Source: a virus
Lineage: Duplodnaviria; Caudoviricetes
Length of the DNA: 52,284 nucleotides
IMG/VR virus record: IMGVR_UViG_3300005253_000088
Coordinates: 1-52,284 of that record
Direction: 5' to 3' (one strand)
In this document: in pieces, positions 17,980 through 25,681 of the stretch
Position numbering within the stretch: the first letter of the stretch is position 1
Layout of the letters: every line of letters begins with the position of its first letter
Position numbers and translations under genes: made by a program
The notes under the pieces: model-generated
Database searches by the model: none
What the model was told of the DNA's origin: nothing
Seen by the model: the letters and a program-made list of their open reading frames with translations, nothing else

Positions 17980-18206
17980 TGTTTAAATCCCCTTCTAAAT
18001 CCAAAAAGTTTACCGTTTTCATCAAGTAGTTCGTGATCACCACCCAAGCAAGAGACACATTTAACAGGACTACGCATTTTCCAAGGCTGGCCTTCAACAT
18101 GAAAGAAGATACTCCGTCTAACGATCACTTCCATACCTTCAGGCAAACAAGGGGAGCTACCGTCTGCGATTAAAATATTTCCAACTTCTACGTCTTCAAA
18201 GTTCAT
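17976..18206 (-). CDS. Hypothetical protein
   Basis: ATGA-coupled on both sides. Confidence 0.55.
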   Translation of the reverse strand: MNFEDVEVGNILIADGSSPCLPEGMEVIVRRSIFFHVEGQPWKMRSPVKCVSCLGGDHELLDENGKLFGFRRGFKQ

Positions 18207-18523
18207 ACCAATTCTTTCTTTGGTACCCGTCGAATAAATGGATCAGGATGCAGTTCCCGATCAACGATTTCTCGAAAAATGGTAATGTCAGTGTTATTGT
18301 CACGGATAGGCCGGAAACGACATATCTTATAACCCCACTTAAGCCCATTATGTTGTTTTCTAGTGATTTCCCATATTGTTATAGTGCCCCTTACAGCGTT
18401 AACAGTTCTAACCGTATAAATAGCTCCTAACGTAAGCTGTTCCCCACGCCAAGAGCCGCGACCATTTAGATGAGAAGTTGCATCTACACATATAACTTTA
18501 TCGTCTGGGCCAACAGCATCCAT
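18203..18523 (-). CDS. Hypothetical protein
   Basis: GP.DKVICVD...LTLG.IYTVR...RFRP is a phage small-protein pattern; GGAGG RBS. Confidence 0.65.
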   Translation of the reverse strand: MDAVGPDDKVICVDATSHLNGRGSWRGEQLTLGAIYTVRTVNAVRGTITIWEITRKQHNGLKWGYKICRFRPIRDNNTDITIFREIVDRELHPDPFIRRVPKKELV

Positions 18524-18524
18524 A

Positions 18525-18770
18525 TCAACCTCCTACCCTCCTTTTAATAGCAATTCTGTTGTACTTGTCTACCTGGAAAGATTTACAAACTTCCGGTGAT
18601 AAACTCCAGCGATACAAGGCCCCGTCCTTCGTAACACTGATTAAAGTGTTTAGTTTTTTACCAGAGCTATCATAACAGTCTAAGCGGATAACCCCCCCAG
18701 AGTTTTCTAACCCAAAATAAATTTCTTCTTCTAACTCTAGAACGTCTGTTTTCAGTAAAAACTTTACCAT
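18525..18770 (-). CDS. Hypothetical protein, first gene of a leftward transcript
   Basis: AAGGGG RBS; a divergent TTGACG lies upstream at 18817-18822. Confidence 0.6.
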   Translation of the reverse strand: MVKFLLKTDVLELEEEIYFGLENSGGVIRLDCYDSSGKKLNTLISVTKDGALYRWSLSPEVCKSFQVDKYNRIAIKRRVGG

Positions 18771-18837
18771 GGTAAATCCCCTTTCATTTATATCTTTACC
18801 ACCTATTAATCATTCCCGTCAAGCCTAAAATTATCCC

Positions 18838-18867
18838 TTGACATTTCAAATAATTATACAGTATAGT
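18838..18867 (+). promoter_or_regulatory. Sigma70-like promoter TTGACA-N18-TATAGT for the primase-helicase
   Basis: Direct match in an AT-rich divergent intergenic region. Confidence 0.6.
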
Positions 18868-18897
18868 AGCAGGCTACAACTAAAAGTGGGAAAATCA

Positions 18898-20811
18898 ATG
18901 AATAAACTGCTAGAAGCAGCACTCGATTACGCAAGTCGAGGCTGGTATGTACTTCCCTGTAAAGCAGATAAAACTCCTTTTACTAGACATGGTGTTAACG
19001 ACGCAAGTATAGATACAAAAACAATTGAAAAATGGTGGCAAGACCACTCCAAAGCTAACGTAGCCATTGATGTAGGCCGCTCGGGCATGATGGTTTTAGA
19101 TTTGGACCCAGGTTCAGATAAACAAGAATTGGAGATCGCATTAGATGGATTACCTAATACCCAACTCAAAGCTAGAACCCCACGTGGCGGCGAGCATTTA
19201 TTCTATGGTATCAACGCCGACGAGATTGTTGCCCCTTCTGCTTCAAAAATCGCCGCGCACGTGGATGTCCGTAGCTTCCATAGCTATGTCCTTTTGGCTC
19301 CCAGTACAACCTTGGATGGTCAGTATGAATGGATCAGCGAAGGTCAAGCCACCTATAGAACTGATACCATGGTTAGGCTGGCAAATTCGGCGAAGGAGAA
19401 GTCGAAGGACCGAGACAACTGGATCATAGATCAAGACCTGGGTGGGAATATAATCCTAGCTATAGATTGGCTCAAAACCAAAGCCAAAGTAGCTATAGAA
19501 GGCCAAGGCGGCGACCACATGGCCTATTCTACCGCAGCCATGATGAAATCCTTTGGTATCTCTGAAACCTTGGCCATGGAATTGATTTGGGAACATTGGA
19601 ATCCAAGATGTAACCCGCCTTGGGATGCGGATGAATGGGCTCACTTAGAAGCTAAAGTTTTCAACAGCTATAGCTACAACACTTCACCCCCAGGCAACAT
19701 GACCCCAGGCTACAAGCAAGCCAAAGCCAAGCAATTATTCAAACCAGTGACCATAGCAACACCAGATGGTGTCGAAATCAAGGCCGGGCATTTCCGGTTT
19801 GTAGACCGAGACGGTATGGAGCATATACGGCCCCCGGAATGGTTGATAGAAGATTTCTTGCCCCAGGACGGCTATGCAATGATGTTTGGCGCTTTTGGTA
19901 CCTTCAAAACCTTCATAGCCCTAGACATCGCCTTGAGCATTACCACAGGCTTCCCAGACAAGGCCACTTGGACAGCCATCTTAGCTTCCGGCAGTGTACT
20001 ATTCGCAGCCGGTGAAGGACGCCCCGGCATCAAAGCCAGGATCAACGCCTGGGAACAGGTCCATTGGTTCGGTAACAAGGCTCAGGGCATAGTCTTAGCT
20101 GATCCTGTGCCTAACATAACTGAAAATCTAGAGCCATTCATAGAAGGGGCTAAAACATTATCCCCGGATGGTTACAAGCTAGTGGTTATAGATACGGTCG
20201 GGAGGGCAATGGCTGGCACCAATGAAAATGCCCAGGAAAACGCCAGTACCTTCACAAACTTAGTTGATACCCTACGCTATGAATTGAATTGTGCGGTATT
20301 GGCCTTGCACCATACCGGCCATAGCGATAAGGACCGGGCCAGGGGGAGTAGTGTATTCGGCGCGGATGCAGACGTGCTGCTAGGTTTGGAGCGCCGGGGT
20401 AAGGCTTACATAGTTGATATGGAAATGCACAAGCAAAAGGATGCTGCCATATGGAAAGACAAGCTAGCTTTGAAATTGAGTGAAATCAATATCACTGGTA
20501 CCGATCAAAAATCATTGGTAGCGGCCAAGTACACCATCAAGGAACCAGACAAAGCCAAATCCGATCAATCTCAGCTTCAAATCATAGATGATGCCATACA
20601 GGCTATCTTAGCTAACAACAAAGAACGGTCCTGGTCAGGTGCTGGCTTAGCTGAAGCTGTAGGCACCTATAAAACCGTTGACGGTATCACCGCCAAAACT
20701 GTTGCAACGGACTGGCTGCCCAAGATCAAGGCCAACCAAAGCACCAAGTCAAGAAAATGTTTTGACGCTGAGCGATCCCAAAGAGATGGCCAATGGCGAT
20801 GGACTAGCTAA
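18898..20811 (+). CDS. Bifunctional primase-polymerase + PriCT + AAA (RepA/AAA_25) helicase
   Basis: AL.YA.RGW.VLPC, LDLD, TPRGG.H.FY and VDVRS; PriCT-like WN.RC.PPW; Walker A GAFGTFKT, Walker B VVIDT, HHTG and RGSS. Start ATG at 18898. Confidence 0.92.
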   Translation: MNKLLEAALDYASRGWYVLPCKADKTPFTRHGVNDASIDTKTIEKWWQDHSKANVAIDVGRSGMMVLDLDPGSDKQELEIALDGLPNTQLKARTPRGGEHLFYGINADEIVAPSASKIAAHVDVRSFHSYVLLAPSTTLDGQYEWISEGQATYRTDTMVRLANSAKEKSKDRDNWIIDQDLGGNIILAIDWLKTKAKVAIEGQGGDHMAYSTAAMMKSFGISETLAMELIWEHWNPRCNPPWDADEWAHLEAKVFNSYSYNTSPPGNMTPGYKQAKAKQLFKPVTIATPDGVEIKAGHFRFVDRDGMEHIRPPEWLIEDFLPQDGYAMMFGAFGTFKTFIALDIALSITTGFPDKATWTAILASGSVLFAAGEGRPGIKARINAWEQVHWFGNKAQGIVLADPVPNITENLEPFIEGAKTLSPDGYKLVVIDTVGRAMAGTNENAQENASTFTNLVDTLRYELNCAVLALHHTGHSDKDRARGSSVFGADADVLLGLERRGKAYIVDMEMHKQKDAAIWKDKLALKLSEINITGTDQKSLVAAKYTIKEPDKAKSDQSQLQIIDDAIQAILANNKERSWSGAGLAEAVGTYKTVDGITAKTVATDWLPKIKANQSTKSRKCFDAERSQRDGQWRWTS

Positions 20812-21133
20812 GAGCTTTTTTGATGGCGGCGCGGGCAACTACCATCGCGCATTGTCCGTCGTCCATTTCGTTTGTGTGAGTCTGACAAAAGCCGGAGTGG
20901 TCAAGGCGGCACTCATCATCATCGACTAGTGCTTCCAGCATCATCAACAAATCCGGTGCGGTGGCGATCAAGCGAGCTTGATCCTCGCATATGCTTTTAT
21001 CATTGGCATAAACATGGGCGATAAGAGCACCAATTTGTGTTCGGACCTCACAAATCCAAGCAAAATCGCCCTTGCCAACCTTTCGGTCGCTGGCGTGAAG
21101 CTCATTAAGCCACGGTTCTGGTGTATATGTCAT
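20804..21133 (-). CDS. Hypothetical phage protein (TPEPW...ARLIATAPDLL..LE family)
   Basis: A recognisable common phage motif; convergent with the primase gene. Confidence 0.7.
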   Translation of the reverse strand: MTYTPEPWLNELHASDRKVGKGDFAWICEVRTQIGALIAHVYANDKSICEDQARLIATAPDLLMMLEALVDDDECRLDHSGFCQTHTNEMDDGQCAMVVARAAIKKALS

Positions 21134-21205
21134 AGTCTGTTTCTTCCTGGTTTGCGGTAGACTACGCAGGGGTCAGTTGAGGTAGGCTGAGGTTGCTTTG
21201 GTCAT
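21134..21205 (-). pseudogene. Stop-interrupted KATSAYLN leader in frame with the 21133 gene
   Basis: ATG 21205 gives MTKATSAYLN*PLRSLPQTRKKQT-MTYTP...; it is homologous to the start of the 14917 gene. Confidence 0.55.
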
Positions 21206-21245
21206 TTCATTTTCCTATTTTAGTGCGTTAATGACGGTGGACTAG

Positions 21246-21479
21246 CTAATCAGTAGTTATTTGAACTGGTATAACCTTTTGTAAATCTCCCTCGCCGCAA
21301 AAGAATTCTCCTGCGCTATTGAATGCCATTACTCGACCATCATCATGGTGGTACTCACTTTTAAAACAAAGTAAATCTAAATTGGCTATAGTAACAAAGG
21401 GACCAGGAGGTATATCTTTTAAATTTTGAGGCCAATCAATAGGTAGTAATATATATTTAATTTTGCTCGTTTCAAACAT
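21246..21479 (-). CDS. Hypothetical protein
   Basis: L.D.PPGPF...L.FKSEY...AFNSAGEFF pattern; AGGAG RBS. Confidence 0.65.
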   Translation of the reverse strand: MFETSKIKYILLPIDWPQNLKDIPPGPFVTIANLDLLCFKSEYHHDDGRVMAFNSAGEFFCGEGDLQKVIPVQITTD

Positions 21480-21508
21480 GGTATTCTCCTATTTCAGTGT
21501 TGAAAATC

Positions 21509-21537
21509 AGACTAGCAGTTATAGCTAGCCACGTCAA
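21509..21537 (-). promoter_or_regulatory. Sigma70-like promoter TTGACG-N17-TAGTCT
   Basis: Reverse complement of 21532-21537 and 21509-21514. Confidence 0.6.
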
Positions 21538-21581
21538 GGAAGTTAATTTTCATAAATAAAATATTGTTAGATTACAACGGT

Positions 21582-21909
21582 CCGGATACTCAAAACAGGG
21601 GTTCGTTACGGTTTTCAAACGATAGGGGGTGTCTTAACGTATTGTATTCTAATGATACACCTTGTTTTGGGGTAGTGACTTATGGTTAATATTGGTATAT
21701 ATAGAATGATTGTACTCTGTCATAAAGGGCGAGTATCCGGGTGAGTATCCGGGTTGCAGGGAGTTTGAGTATCCGGGTTTTTGAGTATCCGGACGAGTAT
21801 CCGGGTGAGTATCCGGAGGGGGCCATTGAAATGTAACAATGTTTTTTGAGTATCCGGGTGAGTATCCGGGAAGATTGGGTTGGGGGTTTCTCTGGTTGTG
21901 AGTATCCGG
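21582..21909. repeat. Iteron-like array of GAGTATCCGG (9 direct + 1 inverted); candidate replication origin
   Basis: Direct copies at 21731, 21743, 21767, 21783, 21795, 21807, 21848, 21860 and 21900; inverted CCGGATACTC at 21582; AT-rich flanks; non-coding. Confidence 0.8.
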
Positions 21910-22141
21910 GGAGGGGGTTATGTAGTAACCCTCCCGGCTACACAGAACTTTATTTTAAACAAAACTTACCATTGGCCTTTCTTATGGTGTGCTGGTTTTT
22001 TCTTTTCAGATGGTGGCCAAATATTTGTAGTGGTTAGCTGTGGGCTTTTAATTTTGCGGTGTGCAATTGATTTGAGTATCTCGCTATGTAGGACACTAAC
22101 ATCATTCAATTGAGCCGCATCCCATTTTCGTCTAAGATAAG

Positions 22142-22654
22142 TCATAGGGTTAATTCCCTTTTAGCTTCGGCAAAGGAACGAAGGCGTTTGTTGAGGTAGG
22201 ATGAGGTGGCTTGGCCAATACCAAGGGCAAAGGCTAACGCCATTTGATCCTCGGGGAAGTTTCCGAAAACTTCCTTGTACTCAAACTGGCCCATGATCTC
22301 GAATTCGATTAGATCACAGAATAGATCGGTTTGCGTTCCGGGGTCGTATATTAGACGAATGTGATCTTTTTGGATTTCGCAAGCTTTGCGCTCGCCTTCT
22401 TTATCAAACTTAAGATTATAGGTATAGTGGCACCAATCGTGCCAAGCGCGAAAAGCCCAGTTGGTTTCAGAACAAGCATAAATGGTTTTATTACTGGCAC
22501 CATTCCAAACCAGCATCCGCCCGGTGGTGTTAATATGGTCCTGAAGCTCTTGAAGGGTGCTAGGGGCGGGGTCGCCAACGTCATAGCCTGTGGGGTGCAG
22601 TCTGTTGGCTATGGTTATCACAGCCACGTTAAAAGCTTTTGAGAGGGGTTCCAT
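22142..22654 (-). CDS. Hypothetical protein (N.AFRAWHD..H family) with a C-terminal ATSSYLN module
   Basis: N..FRAWHDW.H.......F..EGE motif; AGGAG RBS. Confidence 0.7.
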   Translation of the reverse strand: MEPLSKAFNVAVITIANRLHPTGYDVGDPAPSTLQELQDHINTTGRMLVWNGASNKTIYACSETNWAFRAWHDWCHYTYNLKFDKEGERKACEIQKDHIRLIYDPGTQTDLFCDLIEFEIMGQFEYKEVFGNFPEDQMALAFALGIGQATSSYLNKRLRSFAEAKRELTL

Positions 22655-22683
22655 GATTAAACTCTCCTGTTGTTTGAAATTGT

Positions 22684-22878
22684 TTAGCCATAGATTTGAA
22701 TGGCATTAAGTGTATTTCCCCAGTTTTCCCACGTTGTTGCTGATTGTTTGTCTTGCCAAGTACAGCGTAAGTGTTCAGCTTTTTTGTAACACACAACTGC
22801 TAAGGCTTCAGTTACTTTGTCTAAGCCTGTAGCGTCTATAAGTGCTTCTAACTCATTTTGTAATTTTTCTTCTGTCAT
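22684..22878 (-). CDS. Hypothetical protein (LE.LID..GL..V..AL..VC..KAEHL...WQD family)
   Basis: Recognisable phage mini-protein pattern; GGAGG RBS. Confidence 0.65.
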   Translation of the reverse strand: MTEEKLQNELEALIDATGLDKVTEALAVVCYKKAEHLRCTWQDKQSATTWENWGNTLNAIQIYG

Positions 22879-22880
22879 GA

Positions 22881-23132
22881 TTAAACCCTCCGATTTTTTG
22901 AGTAGTCATTTAGATTGGTGGCGATGCCATTGCGATAGTGTGACATGGCCATGTTGAAGGTGAAAGGATTGGATAAGTCTGCTTTGGCGCGTTCCCTGCA
23001 ACGTCGTGTTATCTCGGGCGCGTGGTAGTGGAATAGGCGACTGATTTGGTTCGCCCGTTGTGGTGGTGTAAGCAACGGTAGCTTACAAGCGAAGTTCTGG
23101 CGCTGTATCATCTCTTCATAGAAGGATTTCAT
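22881..23132 (-). CDS. Hypothetical protein
   Basis: Operon-strand ORF with an AGGA RBS. Confidence 0.5.
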   Translation of the reverse strand: MKSFYEEMIQRQNFACKLPLLTPPQRANQISRLFHYHAPEITRRCRERAKADLSNPFTFNMAMSHYRNGIATNLNDYSKNRRV

Positions 23133-23135
23133 TGG

Positions 23136-23315
23136 TTAGTCCTTTCTTATGGTGTCGTATATTTTGTTTAGTTTGTTTAAAAGTTTAGTTCTGTTGTTAA
23201 CTGCGCATTGTTCAACATTTGCAGGGACCATTCCGTAGGCTAAATCTTCTCTTTTGGCTGCGTCTATACAGTTAATAATTTCTTTTAGTTCTTTTGAGGT
23301 TAAATATATTTTCAT
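23136..23315 (-). CDS. Hypothetical 59 aa protein (MKIYLTSKELKEII...)
   Basis: Translated by hand. Confidence 0.5.
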   Translation of the reverse strand: MKIYLTSKELKEIINCIDAAKREDLAYGMVPANVEQCAVNNRTKLLNKLNKIYDTIRKD

Positions 23316-23409
23316 TGTATTGCCCTTTCAAGCGAGATTTGAACGTAGGATATCAAGGCCCAGGATATGTAGCCATATATGAGCCCGGCAAGTGTGATAG
23401 GGATGTATT

Positions 23410-23589
23410 TCATTTACTTAATCCACAAGCTTTGTAAAATCGGCTTAGGCTAAAGCGCTCGTTGTCTTGGTTAAACATACCCATGAATTCATAGATTAAA
23501 GTTTTTAGTTGTTCATCATCTCCAATCGCTTGGGTGTCCTTGAATATCTTGGCGATTGCTTCATAGTGGCGGTGTTGAAACATAGTCAT
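23410..23589 (-). CDS. Hypothetical 59 aa protein (F.HRHYEAIA...F..DNERF...RF..ACG family)
   Basis: Translated by hand; AGGTGATGATATG start junction. Confidence 0.6.
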   Translation of the reverse strand: MTMFQHRHYEAIAKIFKDTQAIGDDEQLKTLIYEFMGMFNQDNERFSLSRFYKACGLSK

Positions 23590-23619
23590 ATCATCACCTA
23601 TTCTAAAAGTTGAATGTGT

Positions 23620-23907
23620 TTAGTCGAATTGTCCTACGGTTATAAAATGTAAGGCGTGGTTTTTAGGTAGTTTGGTGCGGAGAAAATCACTTGTTATTGC
23701 GTTAAACTCTTGCCCGCCGATGTCTTGTTTTTTGCGTCCATTGTTGACAGATATATCAACTAGCCCATTGCTATCAAACTCCGCTCTGAGGCTTTTATCG
23801 GCGAGTTGCGAGCATGGCCACCAAGCGCCAGACTTATGCGCCCATGAATATGTATCGCGTCTTGATAACCAAAGTATGATGTAGCTATCTGTAATTTTGG
23901 TTCTCAT
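23620..23907 (-). CDS. Hypothetical early protein
   Basis: AGGTGATGATATG start junction. Confidence 0.65.
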   Translation of the reverse strand: MRTKITDSYIILWLSRRDTYSWAHKSGAWWPCSQLADKSLRAEFDSNGLVDISVNNGRKKQDIGGQEFNAITSDFLRTKLPKNHALHFITVGQFD

Positions 23908-23922
23908 ATCATCACCTGTTGG

Positions 23923-24156
23923 TTAGTGGTTAGTTTGGGCTAGAACGGCGGCAACTGCTTGTTTTTTGTTGCCTGAGCCGATAAAATCTCCGACAGTGGG
24001 AGGCCGTGTTGCGTAGGAAAGCCGGAAGGCTTGCCAGGGGAATGTTTCGGTGTCGGTGTTGGTAAACTTGCGGATGTAACCTTCTATGCCGCCCGATGAG
24101 TTTAGGACTTGTTCTAAGATTTCGTGGTCGTTGTGTATTACTGTTTTTGTGGTCAT
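23923..24156 (-). CDS. Hypothetical early protein
   Basis: Bounded on both sides by the TAACCAACAGGTGATGATATG junction. Confidence 0.6.
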   Translation of the reverse strand: MTTKTVIHNDHEILEQVLNSSGGIEGYIRKFTNTDTETFPWQAFRLSYATRPPTVGDFIGSGNKKQAVAAVLAQTNH

Positions 24157-24308
24157 ATCATCACCTGTTGGTTAGGTTGAGGTTTCATAATCAATATCAA
24201 CGACAATGTGTTCCTTATTTACAATACACCATAGCGTGCCGTTATTTGAGTATATAGCACATTGATGATGGGTGCAATTGTGGTCATGGTCATACTATCA
24301 CCTATTGG

Positions 24309-24533
24309 TTAGGTGTTTATAGGTGTAACTTCGTTTTCAGTTTCAATCCAACATCTAGCACCACATGATAACGGCTTATCGGGTCGGTAAATTACGGTAG
24401 ATGGGCCGTTGATTGTTACTTCATGAGCGTAGATGTTTGATTTTCCTCGCTTGATGGTAAGGCAAGGCTTGCGTTCGCCAGTTTTGGCATTGCGTTTGAT
24501 AACGTGTTGGTTTACGTGAATTCTAGTAATCAT
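24309..24533 (-). CDS. Conserved phage hypothetical protein (RIHVNQH.I..N......P.LT.K...N.Y.HEV.I.GP..V.Y.PDKPLSCGAR.WIET)
   Basis: Well-conserved-looking phage motif; GGAG RBS. Confidence 0.75.
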   Translation of the reverse strand: MITRIHVNQHVIKRNAKTGERKPCLTIKRGKSNIYAHEVTINGPSTVIYRPDKPLSCGARCWIETENEVTPINT

Positions 24534-24557
24534 ATTCTCAACTCCATAAGTGAGGGG

Positions 24558-24728
24558 TTAGGTGTTCATCCACTCATCGAATGTTTTCAGTGGTGCGCCG
24601 CTCCGTGTTATGTCGCCACCATTACCATCATCGGCGCAATCAAGATAAATCTGGTATTCGTCTTTCGGCGTTCCGCGATTAACGGTCTGCCATAAAATGT
24701 GCTGGGTAAGGTATTTATCGGTGGTCAT
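24558..24728 (-). CDS. Hypothetical 56 aa protein (RGT..DEY.IYL.CADDG.GGDIT....LKTFDEW)
   Basis: Translated by hand; AGGTGATGATATG junction. Confidence 0.6.
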   Translation of the reverse strand: MTTDKYLTQHILWQTVNRGTPKDEYQIYLDCADDGNGGDITRSGAPLKTFDEWMNT

Positions 24729-24830
24729 ATCATCACCTTTTAAATTTGCCTATCTACTGATAGGTAGACTAGGATCGACTGGTTTAGGAATTAAATCCTT
24801 TATTTGATTGCATAAGTGAGGGGGTAGTCA

Positions 24831-25052
24831 TTAGAGCCACCCTGTATGCTTGTAAAGATACTCGGCGCGCTTAAGGGCCTTAGTAGTATCAGCAAGCTTG
24901 GCTTTTAGGACATTCATTGAGTGGAGCCGGCGCTGGCGGGTTGCTATCACGAGCATCCGGTCTAAGAATGTGACCCTTGCCTTAAACCCAGATATGCGGT
25001 TGCGCTGTTTGGCGTCTACCCGCTCTAAAACCTGTTCGACTGTCTTGGTCAT
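24831..25052 (-). CDS. Basic hypothetical protein, first early gene
   Basis: GGAG RBS; TTGACA at 25102-25107 (- strand) upstream. Confidence 0.55.
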   Translation of the reverse strand: MTKTVEQVLERVDAKQRNRISGFKARVTFLDRMLVIATRQRRLHSMNVLKAKLADTTKALKRAEYLYKHTGWL

Positions 25053-25155
25053 TTGATTATCTCCATAAGTGAGCGGGAACCATGCCCTAGCTAGCCCAGG
25101 CTGTCAAGTCCTCTTACATTACATTTGCATGACAACCTATCTATTGATAGGCAAG

Positions 25156-25169
25156 GTCTCACGTGATGC
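25156..25169. promoter_or_regulatory. Dispersed palindrome site 5, GTCTCACGTGATGC (2 mismatches), intergenic
   Basis: GGTCTCACGTGATGCC directly abutting the sigma54-like repeats. Confidence 0.45.
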
Positions 25170-25173
25170 CCCA

Positions 25174-25243
25174 TGCAAGTATCATGCCATGCAAGTATCA
25201 TGCCACTAGCTACCACTAGCTAGCCCATGCAAGTATCGTGCCA
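25174..25243 (-). promoter_or_regulatory. Three sigma54 (RpoN) -24/-12 consensus-like sites
   Basis: Reverse complements: TGGCACGATACTTGCA (25228-25243) and TGGCATGATACTTGCA (25190-25205, 25174-25189), against the consensus TGGCACG-N4-TTGCW. Confidence 0.7.
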
Positions 25244-25302
25244 ACTATTGCTTGGACCGCTTGGCGTTGACTATTCGTATGCTATCTAAGGGAAACAGAC
25301 TT

Positions 25303-25316
25303 CGGGGGTACCCCCG
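25303..25316. other. Perfect palindrome CGGGGGTACCCCCG upstream of terS (candidate packaging/terminus signal)
   Basis: 14-bp palindrome at the strand-switch point. Confidence 0.45.
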
Positions 25317-25405
25317 GGCCGATGTCTTTTGCCACCCCATAGAACCTCAAAAGCTTTAAAATAAAAAATAGAAAAAAAAGTTAGACTTCTAAGGAAAAAG
25401 GAGTA

Positions 25406-25435
25406 TTGACAACACCTAGTAAGTTCCTCTATACT
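25406..25435 (+). promoter_or_regulatory. Sigma70-like promoter TTGACA-N18-TATACT at the head of the late arm
   Basis: Direct match, with an A-rich UP-like tract upstream (25358-25380). Confidence 0.65.
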
Positions 25436-25545
25436 CTAATCTGCTGGCAGATCGGGTGGTTCCCCAACCCTGGATCGCAGGCAGGCGCTAAAGGGGGAGT
25501 AGCGCATCCAAGAAATAACTCCCCCACAAAATAACGAGGGACAAT

Positions 25546-25674
25546 ATGGTAATTCTTGAGATTGTTCAGTGGTATATCTGGGGGGTTATGGGGCTCGTAG
25601 GTATTGCATCTATGGGGATAGCCTGTTTAGTTGTATATCTAATATATAGGTTAGATATCGGCGGTAAAGGATAG
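25546..25674 (+). CDS. 42 aa single-pass membrane peptide
   Basis: Translated by hand: MVILEIVQWYIWGVMGLVGIASMGIACLVVYLIYRLDIGGKG; GAGGG RBS. Confidence 0.5.
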   Translation: MVILEIVQWYIWGVMGLVGIASMGIACLVVYLIYRLDIGGKG

Positions 25675-25681
25675 AAAAGCT

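Noticed and set aside
21173-21175. Genome-wide TGA recoding
   Set aside because: Many genes end in TGA with ATGA overlaps, and long conserved genes contain no internal TGA.
21731-21909. GAGTATCCGG array as a CRISPR array
   Set aside because: The repeat is only 10 bp, the gaps are irregular (2-31 bp), and there is no cas operon; the DUF2800 Cas4-like gene is a standard replication-module nuclease.
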